A DNA stretch of 64,000 nt, from assembly GCF_001194135.2 (NCBI RefSeq), contig NC_068983.1, positions 3,987,480 to 4,051,479 of the forward strand, given 5' to 3'. The translations under genes were made by a program, and so were the position numbers. Positions 26,607 through 41,292 of the stretch are shown piece by piece (within the stretch, counting starts at the first letter, position 1; each line of letters starts with the position of its first letter). Origin of the DNA: Octopus bimaculoides. Lineage: Eukaryota. Below the pieces are notes generated by a model, which made no database searches, was not told the origin of the DNA, and saw only the letters and a list, made by a program, of their open reading frames with translations.

Positions 26607-26816
26607 TTAATCCCCGTGATTCCAACTGAATAAAATGAATAAGTGGTTTTCCACGACTGACTAACCTTAAAGTTCACCTAAAACCGAGTCGGTTTTATGA
26701 ACTCGCTGAAACTATTCTGTTTAAAGTATCTGAAAGACTCAACATTCGTATATTTTACTCCAGTGTCACTTTGATGGCATGTACTAATCTCTCAAACAAC
26801 AACAACAACAACAACG

Positions 26817-26881
<65 letters not shown>

Positions 26882-27162
26882 CCTTTTTATTATAGGAAAA
26901 ATGTCTGAAAAACTGGGTGGATGGAAACTAGTCGACTACATCAACCCCTTAAAAGGCGAAAGGCAAAGTCAACGTCGGCAGAATTTGAACTCAGAACATA
27001 AAGATGGATGAAATACTGCTAAGCATTTCAAATTATGCCGAGGTCGACTTTGCCTTTCATCTTTTCGGGGTCGATAAGTTCAGTACCAGTAAAACACTGG
27101 GTCGATGTAATCGATTAGTTCCCTCCCCGCAAATTTCAGACCTTGTGCCATTAGAAGAAAGG

Positions 27163-27214
<52 letters not shown>

Positions 27215-28031
27215 ATGATGATGATTGTGATGGTTTCAAATTTTGAATACAAGGCCAACAATTTTAGAGGAGGGGCTAAGTCGACAGCATCCACTCCCTG
27301 TACTTAACTGGTATTTATTTTATCGATCCCGAAAGGATGAAAGGCAAAGTCGACTTCGGTGGAATTTGAACTCAGAATGAAAGAGCCCCGAAGAGATACC
27401 CATAAGCATTTTTGTCCGGCACGATAAATTTTCCGTCAGCCATTCTCTGAAATTCTCTGAAATTCTAGTGTAAGGATGGAAAGCTCCAAACGAAATTACT
27501 CTATTCCGCCAAAGAAGGAAATAAACCGGAACGTGACGAGTACCCTGTGACTTAATGGTAGTTACGTCCGCAATAACATCGTGTATCTTCACCCTCCACC
27601 TGTTCCGACCGACCCCATCCATGAACAGTTGGTACTTAGCTGAAGCTTAACGAAACTGGATACTGAGAACATTCTATGAAACCTACCCTACTTTGAAGCT
27701 AATTCTTTAGCTGCGGTAACTAATCTGGGTAGGTTACACTTGACTCCTCGGCAGCGGCAGCACCACCAGCCTCTGTTTTATCGACCAGCTGAAATAATAT
27801 AAGAATGTTAAATAAAACAGAATCGAAAGTCGAACCACTTACAAGACCTTCAGTAACAGATTTCTGTTGCTAGTCTATATATAGGTAGAGTGAATGAGAC
27901 AAACGGGCGCTGCTGTTTGGACGCTGATGGTTTAACACGGCTGAATGGACACTCAGCCTGTTTTGGCAACAATGTTTTTTAGCGCTAGAGAAAAACAAAC
28001 AAACAAAAACACAAACACGCAGACATATATA

Positions 28032-28087
<56 letters not shown>

Positions 28088-28148
28088 GGGAGAGACAATT
28101 TATTATGATCACAATTATCATAAACGATTTCCTTCTCCTCACACACAT

Positions 28149-28189
<41 letters not shown>

Positions 28190-31100
28190 GAGGAGGAGGT
28201 AGAGAAACATTAAAACGTCTGATGTCAAATAAATCAGCGTTAAATGAGCGGCGCCAAAACGTCTCAGAGCTATAGAGGCATAGCCGAATGGTAAAGAAAT
28301 TCGCTCTGTAATCGTAAGGTCACGATTTCGAATCCAGTGAGTGGTATTCTCGGGCACGTGTCATTTACTAAAAGCCTCGGCTCGACTCAAACCCAGAGGA
28401 GTGATTGAAACTGTTCGGCAGCCTTCTGAATAGATACTACTTGTAATTCAAAACGTTTCAGTGTTGTCACACACACTGAGTCATGCAGATTCTGGCAGAG
28501 TATTACGTTAAGAGCACGTGTATCTATGGAGTACTGAGCCATTTATATGCTAATTCAGTCGTTAGGTCAGTTCAGAAGATCGAACAAATTGAATCCCTTG
28601 TCGTCGAAACCGCGAAGGAAAGACCGAGAGGTCACGCTTTAAGAGTCTTTCACATATTCTACCTACAAGGTTCAAAATTATGGTCGATGGATGGCTGGAA
28701 TTTCATCAATCTAAATTCATATAATTTCCAACTGTCAGCCGGCCTCGATTTGGAACTTTGTAGCCGTAATGAAAAAAAAAAAAATGTTTGATTGAAACAG
28801 AAGCTTTATCTTTGTGGATAAATTATTTATCAAAACTCTGTTTCTGTTGTTGTTGTTATGATGTAGTTTCTCGAATTAGCTCTGATCGAGCAGATATCTG
28901 TGCTTCTCAATGTTATCAGTGGAGCTACTTTAGTTAAAATACTTCACTTTTATTTCTTTCAAGGCAACGGAAAGACTCAACGGCAAAGAATATGTGGTTA
29001 TTACATTCTTGATTTTCTTGTTAATGTTGAAGTGAACACTGCAAATATTCTGAGCTATTGTGTGTATTTTATACACGTCGTGTGCTCTAGTGGCCACTTT
29101 ATTGTAAGAGAGGTAATCATATTGCTAGATAAATTTTGGCGCGACTAGAAGCTCGAATTTTTAAATCGAAGACAAAGGAAGAAGAGGTATGCAAGATACA
29201 TATTTAAAATTCTTACTCATTACAAAGATCTTTACATTTCTAGCCATAGGTAATCATGCATAGCGCAATCTCATTCTTATTAGAAACTGTCAGCATGGCA
29301 TAACTCGAAGGAAATAAATTAAATGAAATATTTTACAACGTGAGGTTTTCTATTAATGCTACAAGGTTAGAGAGATTATGTGCAACCACCCATCAATGAC
29401 CAATACGAATAGGAGGTGTTACAATATGTATGATGCATCTTTGGCAAACACTGACCAGCATCTTCGAACCAGCTACTGCTCTCTCCTTCAAACGTGACAT
29501 CCTGATTTTCATGTTTAGCTATATCTGGTGAATAACTGCGACACATTTAGCCAGTTATGCCTCTCCTCGCACGACGTTCTACAACGATGACATGTTTCTA
29601 ATATCAAATATGTAGTCCCTATTTTAAAACGGTAGAGAATTCAAAAGATTTGGTTACTATGCTACAGGGTACAAGAGAAAGTAACGTCCCATGATTAATA
29701 CGACCATTGGTGTGGCAATAGTGAAGTTAGGTGGCGATAATGTCTTCATGTCGCTAATATCTTACAATTTGTTTTTCAGTTTCAATCATGCTTCGAAGAA
29801 GCACTCACCGGGCATTTGTGTCAACATGTAAAATGTAAGAGGGTTTTTGCCGCATCCTACACAAACTTCCAATATGGAGTCTCACTATTAAAGCATTTAC
29901 CGTTTATTTAGGGAATTCTTTACAGGATTTGCTAATCTAAAATGTCACTTTAGTATTCTGTGTAAATTTGTTTGATTGATAATACAAGGTGCAACAGAGA
30001 AGCCTCTCGTATTTTATTCGGTTATTGGTTTGGCACTCGTAAAGTTAGGCAGATATGATGTCTGCATGTAGCAAATGCGTTGCCGTTTTCTTCTCGGTTA
30101 CCATCGTCACTTGGACAAAACAAACTGTGTATTTACTAATGAAAAATTTATCAAGAATGATGAATATCTGAGCTATTTTGCCTCACCCTTTACATTGAAC
30201 AGATGGCGTAAGTAAATATAAGTTTCTTAGTTGATCGGAAAAAGGGGGGAAAATACACGCAATTTGGGTATGTTACAGTTCCAAACTAAATCGGATTAGG
30301 TGCTGGTTTTCATTTCTCCGGAACCAGGAATGCCAGGAAGGCATAAAGGTTCGATTCGGAATCATTAGGGTCGTTCCCATTTGAATCAAATAGCGCGGCC
30401 TTTTGGATAGCTATATTCTAGCACAGTCCCGAGATGACTCCAAATACGTGTGAAATTAAGTGGATTTGAAACTGTGTGAAAGCGCGTTCGTTCAACAGTA
30501 CTTGTCTCATAAAACGTGTACCGAGCCTGAACCTCTTACTGGCCTCCAAGTACTGTTCAACACCATTAACTTAAGCATCTTTAGCTGAATCCGATTCTGT
30601 GTGATAAGCGGAGTCTTATCACACAGAACTGAAAAAGGGAAAGGAAAATAATCTGCTTTAATCCCTCGTATAACCTAAAGTCATGAAGAATATTGGAAAG
30701 AGTTTCCAAATAATAATTACACACAGCGACACTTCATACCAACAAACAAATACCACAAGTACTTTAACTCACATAATATCAAGGTCAGTAATTCTTGCCT
30801 AGGCAGCATAACTTCCCAAAACACTACATGTGAGGTTAAGTCAGTAGCTGTGGAATCTCCATTCTGTTTCTCTCACTGACCTTCTGAGGCCTTGGAAAAG
30901 GTCATGGACATGATTCCCCCGTAAGGAATTTATACCAGTAAGACTTCCGGGCACTTAAACTGATATCTCCGCTCTAACATCGACCTCAAAATGCAAACGA
31001 AATAAATTACCAAGAAAGTTTATTCCCCAACGACTTTTACAAAACTCAAGACAATGTTAAGGTGGTGGACAAAATTCTTAAAGGGCTGACATCTCTATAA

Positions 31101-31350
31101 AATAAAAATATAATAAAAAGTTCACAAAGGAAGAAGAACAACAACAATAAACAGCTACAACAACAATAACACGTGGTTGTCAGTGACATAGTGTCAGTAT
31201 AAGGCCATTGAATAGCTGTCAGTATGGAACTGTGTATTTGTATGTGACACAAAGCGGAATCCACACACACACACATATATATAGGTATACATATATAGAT
31301 ATGTATATCGTATCGCATAGAATTGTGTATATGCATGCATATATTATGTA

Positions 31351-31401
<51 letters not shown>

Positions 31402-31411
31402 TTATGTATGC

Positions 31412-31473
<62 letters not shown>

Positions 31474-31564
31474 ACATGTATTACTACGTACACAGAGATA
31501 CATGCAGAATACAAGAGAACTGGAACATATTACAGTCGCTTTGTAAGCTAACAGCACCAACACC

Positions 31565-31587
31565 AAGAAGAAGAAGAAGAAGAAGAA

Positions 31588-31634
<47 letters not shown>

Positions 31635-31672
31635 AGAAGAAGAAGAAGAAGAAAAAGAAGAAGACGAAGACG
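31565..31672. repeat. (AAG)n microsatellite
   Basis: Directly visible; it is the source of the poly-Arg and poly-Leu pseudo-ORFs. Confidence 0.95.
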
Positions 31673-31895
31673 AATCAACCACAACAACAGCCATAAGAAC
31701 ACTTTGGCCCACTTCATATTACCTCGTTGGCTATATTTATGGAATAACAAACACCAATGTGCGTGGAGGGGAGTGAGGGCAGTGGCGGGAGGGGCAAATG
31801 GCAGAGGATGGTGGCGGCAGCGGTGGTTTTGGCGAGGGACGAATGTTTAGAGACCACAGCTTTTTGAAAGAACTGCTTTGAACGGGAGAGGAAGA

Positions 31896-31934
<39 letters not shown>

Positions 31935-32379
31935 ATTGGAACGGTGGTGGCGACGGTGGTAGTAGTGGAAGTAGTAGTAGTAGCGGCTGGGTGTCGGTGG
32001 GGGTGTACTTGTGACGCCATAAGTGACAGCTTAGGGTGTGTGTTCGGGTGGGAAGCCCTGCTGGGAACAAAATTAGCAACTATTGGACAACAATGGAATG
32101 TAAAAACCACAACAACCCACAGCCACCACCACCACCACCACTACCACCACCACTGTCACCACAGCTAGCATGCTAGCAAGAGGTATTATTAGGGGTGTTT
32201 GCAATACAGCGAGTCACACCCTCGCATAAGTGCGCCGAGAAGCTCGGACATATGCACTTTGAATAACAACGCATTCTCCTATTTCTTTCCAACGATATCA
32301 GGACAGAGAAACCAGAGAAGACACAGCTCGATCTTGATAAGATTAGAAGTTCTTGTACAGTAGTAGCAAGGGCGCAGAA

Positions 32380-32408
32380 ATCTATCTATCTATCCTTCTG
32401 TCCGTCCG

Positions 32409-32458
<50 letters not shown>

Positions 32459-32690
32459 CTTCTGTCCGTCCGTCCGTCTATCTATCTACCCATCTACTTG
32501 TCTGTCTATGTATGTATGTATCTATTTATCCATCCATCCTTCCGTCCGTCTGTCTGTCTATCTATCTATCTATCTATCCTGTAAGTCTGCCTCTATCTCC
32601 CCTTCTCTCTAACTATCTATCCTGTCTATCTGTCTGTCTGCCTCTATCTATCTATTTACCTATCTGTCTGTCTGTCTGTCTATATTTATA
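32380..32690. repeat. (TCTA)n/(TCTG)n/(TCCG)n compound tetranucleotide repeat
   Basis: Directly visible. Confidence 0.9.
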
Positions 32691-33104
32691 AATCTTTCGC
32701 TTTCACTCTCGATATACATAATATAGTAATAGACGCACACAGTTTCCTGGAAATGAATGACATTGCTTCTATGTCAGTAACACTCATTTACAGCCATCAT
32801 GTGATGTCGAAGCAAGGAGACACAACCACAGACACATAACAGATTCCTTTCAGTGTCCGTCCACCAAATCCAGCCTCAAGGCCTTGGTGAACCCAGGACT
32901 ATAGTAGACAACACCCATGGTGTCACGCAGAGGGCTGAACCCGGAACCACGTGGTTGGGAAACAAACGTTCCAGCGTCACAGTCATGTCTGCGCATCGTG
33001 ACAGCAATGTTATTCACACAGGGGGGTGGGGGGTGGGGAGGATGTCACCACGTTGAATTATGGGATACCATGGCAACTAACACCTCCAAATGTTAAACAA
33101 CCAA

Positions 33105-33325
33105 AAATATTCATTTCTAGTCTAGGCACAAAGCCCGAAATTTTGGGGGAAGAGGCCAGTCGATTAGATCGACCCCAGTACGCAACTGGTACTTAATTTA
33201 TCGACCCCGAAAGGATGAAAGGCAAAGTCGACCTCGGCAGAATTTGAACTCAGAATGTAAAGACAGACGAAACACCGCTAAGCATTTCGCCCGGCCTGCT
33301 AACGTTTCTGCCAGCTCGCCGCCTT
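33105..33325 (-). mobile_element. SINE family B (about 220 bp, tRNA-like head)
   Basis: Consensus GGCGGCGAGCTGGCAGAAACGTTAGC...GTTCAAATTCCGCCGAGGTCGACTTTGCCTTTCATCCTTTCGGGGTCGATAAATTAAGTACCAG. Other approximate copies: 6385-6775 (tandem, partly duplicated), 13610-13990 (two), 26880-27440 (three), 45080-45450, 49670-49800, 50990-51140, 51460-51610, 57123-57255. Confidence 0.85.
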
Positions 33326-33384
33326 AAACAACCAAAAATATTGAAAATAAATTGGAGCTGTTTCGAAATAAATGTTCACGAAGA

Positions 33385-33760
33385 ATGTTGAAGATCTACT
33401 GACCGAAAATGATCTCGAACAGCCAACCACACACCAAGGCTGACGTGAAACCAATAAGAGAAACTATTGAAGCAAGGAGATGGAAATGGCTGGGTCGAGT
33501 TTGTTGCTAAAAACCGAACTCAGTTGTCAGGATCGCTTTGCAATGGGATCCATGAAGTAAAAGAAGACGTGGCCAACCAGAGGAAACATGGCGCAGAACC
33601 ATAACAAAAGATCTTAAAAGGAGAGAGGGTTAACAATAGAACAAGCTGTCAAGGATGCTTTCGGTGTTGGAAGGTGGGATGATCTTGCTGTTACCTCAGG
33701 TGCCACAAAGCACAATGGGAACCGAAGGAATGAATGAATGAATGTCGACGAACAGTTTTT
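33385..33760 (+). mobile_element. RTE-clade LINE 3' fragment with (GAAT)n tail
   Basis: ADVKPIRETIEARRWKWLGRVC*KPNSVVRIALQWDP*SKRRRGQPEETWRRTITKDLK is the classic RTE C-terminus with stops. It ends in GAATGAATGAATG. Confidence 0.8.
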
Positions 33761-33849
33761 AGTTGTGTCGCTCATGACTAAAAAGATAAATGCAGCTATA
33801 TTATCATTATAGAAGTGATTGAATTTAAGTGTTGTTGGAGCAGGCTACG

Positions 33850-34800
33850 TTCTCCTGTCTCTGTCGCAGAATGGTCTTGACGGTTCCAGTTGGTGGGGAG
33901 TGTGCGTGCAGTTTACGGTTAGCACGAGGTGTTTAGGGTTAGGGATGTACGTCCGAGTACGGAAAATTAAAAGAGAATGGTGTAGGGTAGCATCATGGTA
34001 TCGTCTCGAGAGTAAGCTGGAAATAGCAGCCAGCAGACTTTTGTACGTTGCGAAGGAAGAAGACAAGGAGAAAGATAATCGAACCTTGGGGGAGGATACA
34101 CCCGAATAGACAGGACACGTATCAGTGATTTTTCAAGATATTTTGCAATGGCATGAAAAGTAGGAACCAAATTCTGATCCAAGAGATGAGAGACAGATGT
34201 AGGCGATAAGCTAACAAATTAGCTGAGAGAGTCTCATGTCAGACACGGTTGAAGGTTTTTACTGTTGGCTTCACTAAAGATCTAAAGAGCAAGAACCTAG
34301 CGATGTTTGTCCAGCTGTGCTTGAAGTAGATCTTTTATCGAAGCAAATTCCTTCCACCCTGCCTTTACCCCGAGCAAGATTTCAGCGTCCATGTCTTGGC
34401 ATATATTTACTTTCTGCTCTCAAGTACTCCAACATTTTTTTGCCTCCTCAATTTCATCACTTCCCACCACTATTCGGCTTTGTATTACGTTTTCAAATCG
34501 GATGTTTGTTTTTTTCGCGTGGTATATTTTGAGGCCTACTGCCAAACTCTGGGCACCAATATCAGCATTGTCTGCAGCTGACTCGCGATGAGCATGATGT
34601 TGTCTGCAAATCAGAAGTGTATAAATACCAACCATACCGTTGGCGACTTGTTTCCAATCGGTGTCTCTTACGACCAGAGATAGTATCTCCTTGTTTGACA
34701 TCCTCCCCGATTGGAAATCTTACGGCTGGAGATAGTAGAGCTATATCTGTGGCCATTCCGAGGTCACCTTGCAAAGAAGTTTGATATATCGTGCCTCAGC
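33850..34800 (-). mobile_element. Degenerate non-LTR retrotransposon RT/C-terminal region
   Basis: Contains ADNADIGAQSLAVGLKIYHAKKTNI (RT domain 5-6 like), EILLGVKAGWKEFASIKDLL, RVYPPPRFDY and a downstream LIFRTRTY..PFCD remnant, with many stops and frameshifts. Confidence 0.55.
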
Positions 34801-36196
34801 TCCTGGTATTTCCAGAGACCGTAGCACCACATTCATTACACACTCCCTTATTAATTTAATTTGGTAACCGATTTAGGTAATTGAATCAAAACCAAACAGT
34901 GGTGACTTCTAGCTGATCCGATGAACGGAACAGCCTGCCCGGGAAATTAACATGCAAGTGGCTGGGTACTCCACAGACACACGTACCCTTAACGTAGTTC
35001 TCAGGGAGATTCAGGGTTACTCAAAATGTGTCCTTTGAACTACAGGCACATCTCATTTTTGCCAGCCGAGTGGATTGGAGTAATGTGAAATAAAGTGTCT
35101 TGCTCAAGGACCCAAGGCGCCACTAGGAATGGATTACGCTTTCATCAAATTTCTTGGTGTTTGTATAACATCATGAAATTGATACTAATTTTGATACTTA
35201 ATACTAATTAATACTAATATTATCTTAAAATATTGGTTTTAAATGTTGGCAAAAGGCCATCGATTTCCGGTGACGAGTAAATCGATTACCTAGACCCAGT
35301 ATTGAACTGGTACTTATATTAATTAAACAGGGTTTTCATTTGCATAATCCTTCTTGTAATTACCCTGTCGCTTACTTCATCTTCCTCCCTTGTTTCTATG
35401 ATTTTTTCGCTCTCACTGTGTTCGTGTGTAGGATTCATTTACTCATTGCCTGCCACCAAACCTTATATGTACACTCATCCTGCACTCCTATCTCTTTTAT
35501 TACTTTCCACTCTCTTCATACAATGTAAAATGTGACTGGAGCAACCGACCAACCGACCAGCCAACCAACGTCACGGCTATTATCATCATTATTATTATTA
35601 TTATACACCGACTATAAATGATATCATATCTTTTGTCTTTCACTTTTTTCAGTCATTAGACACTGACCACGCTGGAGCACTTTTCTGAAGAATTTAAGTC
35701 GAACGAATCGCCTCCAGTACGTTCGCCGAACCACCAAGTTACAGGGACGTAAACGCACCAATGTCGGTTGTCATGTTAAGGACAAGCACAGAGACAAAGA
35801 CACACACACACACACACATGACAGGCGTCTTTCAATTTCCGTCTACCAAATCCACTCACATGGCTTTGGTTGGTTCGAGGCTATAGTAGAAGACACTTTG
35901 CCCAAAGCGTCACGCAGTAAGACTGAACCCGGAACCATGTGGTTGGGAAACAAACTTCTTACCACAGAACCACGCCTGCGCCTATATTATATATCCATCT
36001 GTGTCTGCCTGTATGCCTGTCTGTCTTCACCGGTCTGTATGTTCATATACTTGAATATGTGCGAGTATGTCTTAATAAATACATCGAATACACGCACAGC
36101 TATAACAGTGAAAAACATGCATATATATACTTTATTGTAAATGGCTTTCCTCTCAGCTCCATTATCTCGTTCATATAAATGCATACCCACATTCTA

Positions 36197-36256
<60 letters not shown>

Positions 36257-36265
36257 CACATATAT

Positions 36266-36322
<57 letters not shown>

Positions 36323-37009
36323 CATACAGATATATACATACACACACATATATATATATATATATACATATATATGTATAAACATATGTGTATGGGTGTA
36401 AACATACAGACGTATAGTCATGAACAAACATACTCTCTCTCACTCTCTCTCTCTATATATATATGTATGTATATACATACACATATTCATGTCATGCATG
36501 CGTGTGTATGTGTGTGTGTGTTTACGCATGTAAGCCATTACTGACGTTGATGTTAGTTTCCAGTGCTCCCAGATGGCAGCACGTGGTGAGTCGGTTGAGA
36601 TTAGTGTTATGTGAAACCGTCACATAAAGCTGTAAGTTGGGGATGTTGGGGGGAGTGGAAGATAAATAAACAGACAGAGCAGAAAGACATTGTGTGCACT
36701 GTTAACAGGCAGGGCAATGCACTGGAAATGATCGAGAGACACTTCCATATTGCCGCTGTATCGACTTAACCTAAAATAGAGGACGCAGCACCAGCTAGAA
36801 ATAGAGGATCTTTTTAAAAAAATGAAGGAAGCACATGTGGGATAATATGGTGCTAGGTTCACTAGAACTGAAATACAAACGGGTTAGCCATGAAAGGAAA
36901 GCCTATGATCCACGAAAAGATTGCCCACTCAAAGAGTTGATTTGAGAGCGAAACAACGTCGACAGCGAACGCCAGATAATTCTGAAGAATATGATGATGG
37001 CGATGTATG

Positions 37010-37060
<51 letters not shown>

Positions 37061-37560
37061 CAAAGACAAAATAAATGTATATACACACACACACACACAC
37101 ACACACATTTACATGCATTCACATGTACAAATAGAAATATTTCTTATACTCTTGTATACACACAGCATGCGTGTGTACGGTGTGCGTACGTGTATACCCC
37201 CACCCACCCTCATTCACTTACACACACACACACATACAAAATAGTTATGTATCTAAACTTGTACAAATAAGTATGATCGCACTTGTGAATAGGCCTTGCC
37301 ATTTCTATGAGAACCTAACCCGGGTACACAGATATTATATTCTATACACCCGAGAGGAGCATTTGGTACGGTACACAGCTGAAATTCAATTCAATCAGAG
37401 TGCAACTACACCCACCCGCACAGTCACCCATCCCCTCCACCCTCTTACAAATACCAATATTTCTCCATTCTCGATGTCTTTTTGTATGTACGTATGTGTT
37501 TATGTATGCATATGTATACGTATGTGTATATATACATACATACATACATATATACATGTG

Positions 37561-37610
<50 letters not shown>

Positions 37611-37775
37611 NNNNNNNNNNNNNNNNNNNNNNNNNNNNNNNNNNNNNNNNNNNNNNNNNNNNNNNNNNNNNNNNNNNNNNNNNNNNNNNNNNNNNNNNNN
37701 NNNNNNNNNNNNNNNNNNNNNNNNNNNNNNNNNNNNNNNNNNNNNNNNNNNNNNNNNNNNNNNNNNNNNNNNNNN

Positions 37776-37826
<51 letters not shown>

Positions 37827-38415
37827 GTATGTATAAATATATATATATATGTGTATGTGTATACACACACATATGTACATATAGAGACACACATTTATAT
37901 ATATATATGTACAATATATACATCTTATACACACACACAGGTATGTGTGTGTGTATTTATATACATGTATGTATATATAAATATACTCGCATATACCCCC
38001 ACATATATGTATACCCAATACTTAATACATACACAAATATCAATGTATACATACATGCACACACGTAATATATGCACGCACGTGCACACATGTATACATG
38101 TATGAATATACATGCATGTACATACGTGTAACCATAGACGCACGCACACGCCAAACCACATAAATTGTATAAGTTATGATGACGATGGAGGGGCGGGAAC
38201 CAAAAGATCTTTGGGCTGCCGTAGATGTTGCCTTTGTTGTTGTTTAACCCTGGGTCGAATCTGATCCATCAACGGATCCACGATGACTGAATTAAACTGC
38301 GCTCAGAATTTCGTTATCGAAAGCGTTCTTCTAACACGATTAATTGTGACTTGAACGAGATGTAACTGTTATTTCTAGCTGTCTTATCCTGCGGCATCAC
38401 AACCCCTTCCATTGG

Positions 38416-38450
<35 letters not shown>

Positions 38451-38849
38451 ATATTCGTACCCTGTTGTTCAAATACTGCCACCCATCCTCTTAGCTTATT
38501 TCTAATTTCATTTATGCAAGTGACCTCGGTCACGTGTTTTATCCCTCCCTATTTTTGCATTTGACTAAGCGTTTCATAAAGCTGGACAAGTGATGTGACG
38601 ATGGCGCATATCAAGCCAGAAACACGTAGCCAGTTGTTTTAATCCTGAAGCTTGTCTTCTCGTTTGGAGTCGGCATCAACTTCCACCAAGCGATTGCCCT
38701 ACCTTCTCTGCAAGCAGGGAAACTTCCAATAACTCAAGAATTCATTTTGTATGGTATTTAATATACCTTCATTCGCTTTTGTTGCTCAATTTTATGTCCG
38801 CGGCCGCTTTGACTACTTTTTGTTTCCTTGTGGTGGTTGGTAGTTTCGG

Positions 38850-39235
38850 ATGGTGCAGTGGTAGCAGAGAAGGTGTACGTAGTGGTGGCTGTAATGCTGT
38901 GACGGTTGTTGTATGGACGTGGTAGTAAAGGTGATGCAGTAACAGCAGTTGTAGTGCGGTGATGGTGAGGACGTAGAGACATTGTTGTTGCGGTGGCGGT
39001 AATGTGGTTATTGTCATTGTGGTGGTGTTGCGGTGGTAGTGTAGCGGTAGTATTGTGGTGACGGTAGTAGGTGATAAACCTAGGTGGAGATGACGGACAT
39101 GGTGTTTGCGGTGTTGTTGTTGTTGGTGGTGGAAGAGATGATGATGGTGGTGGCGGTGGTGATGATGGTGGTCGTGGTAGCGGTGGTTGATGGTGGTGGT
39201 GGAGATGAATATGGTGGTGGTGGCGGTGGCGTAGA
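38850..39235. repeat. Degenerate (GGT/GTA/GAT)n low-complexity tract
   Basis: Directly visible; no domain-like translation in any frame. Confidence 0.8.
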
Positions 39236-40983
39236 CGCAAGACGTAAAGTTGTTTGACTGCTTTTTATACACGTAACTTACTTTTGACTTTCATTCATTT
39301 ATTTAGCCAGGGTGTTTAGCAGCTCGGGTGCGTATATTGTATGCGTGTATGTGTTCAGGTGGACATTTATATATTCATTCATATGTATATGCATGTATGT
39401 ATGTATGTACGTATGTATGAACATAGACACACACACATATAATATTTGTGTGTGTGTGTGTGGATGTGTAGGTGGTAGTGGGGATGGGGGTGGGGAGATG
39501 TCCGCCCCACCCATCCTCTTTATTAAACCAAGAGCTTCCTTTCACTTTTTAGTTTTCTCTCGAAGAGATAAAAAAAACCCCACCAGAAACGAACAAGAAC
39601 AAGAAGAAGAAGAACAACAACGACAACGATGGTGGGATATTTTTGAAAGTACGGCTACTTAGTGAAACAATCATACACGCCTACACACACGTATTTATAT
39701 ACATATGTGTGTGTGTGTGTGTATATATGTGTATATATATATGTGTGTGTATACTTATATATTTATACACATGTGTGTGTGTATGTGTGTGTGTGAGTGC
39801 ACGTGTGTGTGTGTGTACTTGCACACACGTACAGACACACATTGACATATTAAAAGCAATAACTACACACACTCTTTGGCCTCAATTTTATCTGTTTATA
39901 TATTGAATGGCAATTCATTCCCCCGCCCCCCACACCACCCCAACCCCAGCGGCAACCCTGGGAAAGTTGTGTTATCTCGGTGGAAACTCCACCCCCCGCC
40001 CACCTCTATAACAGGAGGATCTTCATTCACAGTCCCAGCTCTGCTTCTTTGTCATCCAGCTGAATGCACAGTGGTATGTCTGTTGAGCATGAAGTGTCAA
40101 CAACCCGCTCCAATCACAGAACGCAATATTCTTGTGATGAGGTCCGAGTAAAGTGGAATGAAAAGTAGTCGGTCAGATACAGCGGCGATCAGAACAACGC
40201 CATTCTAGAACATCATTCAAATGAAGACCTCCAGAAGGCAAAAACAAAGTCAAGTGGACTGCAAACATCATGGTACAGAACATTCATATATGTGACATGA
40301 GAAAAGCCAATGGGCACAAGCGTAACTGTGTGCGACGTAGTTTGTTTGTTTTGGCAAGGTTTCTACACTTGGATGCCCTTCCTAATGCCAAACACTTTAC
40401 AAAGTGTAGCACATACACAGATGGTTCTCGACACAATATCAGAACTTGATCGATTAGGCCTTTATGAATGGATAGCACTCAGCCTGATTGAAGTCAGTTT
40501 CCAGCAAGACACGTTCGCTGTTTTCCGCAGAAGATTCAACTGGAATCCAAACGGCTGAAGAATGACACCCGGGCGATAAACATGGCAGCTGAAACCAATT
40601 CAAAATGGTTAGGGTTGGACAAGAGACTGCAGATAGAAGCGTTCTGTAGGCGAAGACCAATTCAGTCGTTATTGCCCCCACCCAGATCCCTACTGATGAT
40701 ATAGAAGGGTTTGCACAGTCCAACGGCTTCGGGCACTACCTGGAGGATTGGTTTGCGATAGTTCTGAAACAGTGGGACACAGGGTGTGACAAGGCTGTAC
40801 ATTTTAAATTACAGGTACAAATTCGCCCGACGGGTTTCCTTATAGTATCCATCTACTCGGTTTCATTCACAAAGTGTAGGTCATTCCGAGGATATAAAAA
40901 AAGACAGTAGCCTTAGGTACCATGCAGTAGGGTCGAATTTGGAAGGTTGTGTTTATGAAGCAAGCTCCGTTTAACCATCAAAC

Positions 40984-41292
40984 CAGCGTTTCTCAACCGG
41001 AGTTCCCCGGAACCATAGGGTTCCGCAAAAGGTTCCTGGGGTTTCCGCGAGAAAGAGTGAGATAAGCTAATGCTAATTTCATGATCGTAATATTACTAAA
41101 CATGCACAACATATTATTGATTATTGTAATATAGACATCATCCTATCTAACCTATTATGTTATCAAAAATATAACTACACACACATATGTATATATATAT
41201 GATATGATATGTAATTTCTTTGGTGCAGGGGTTCGTTGAGACATGTAATTTATTTTAAGGGTTACGCAAAAAAAAAAGGTTGAGAAACACTG
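40984..41292. mobile_element. hAT (Charlie-like) MITE inserted in a SINE head
   Basis: TIRs CAGCGTTTCTCAACC and GGTTGAGAAACACTG match 14/15. Flanks CATCAAAC and CATTAAAT match 6/8. Confidence 0.7.

Noticed and set aside
31323-31850. Protamine-like poly-Arg ORF
   Set aside because: It is simply the (AAG)n repeat joined to (TA)n translation.
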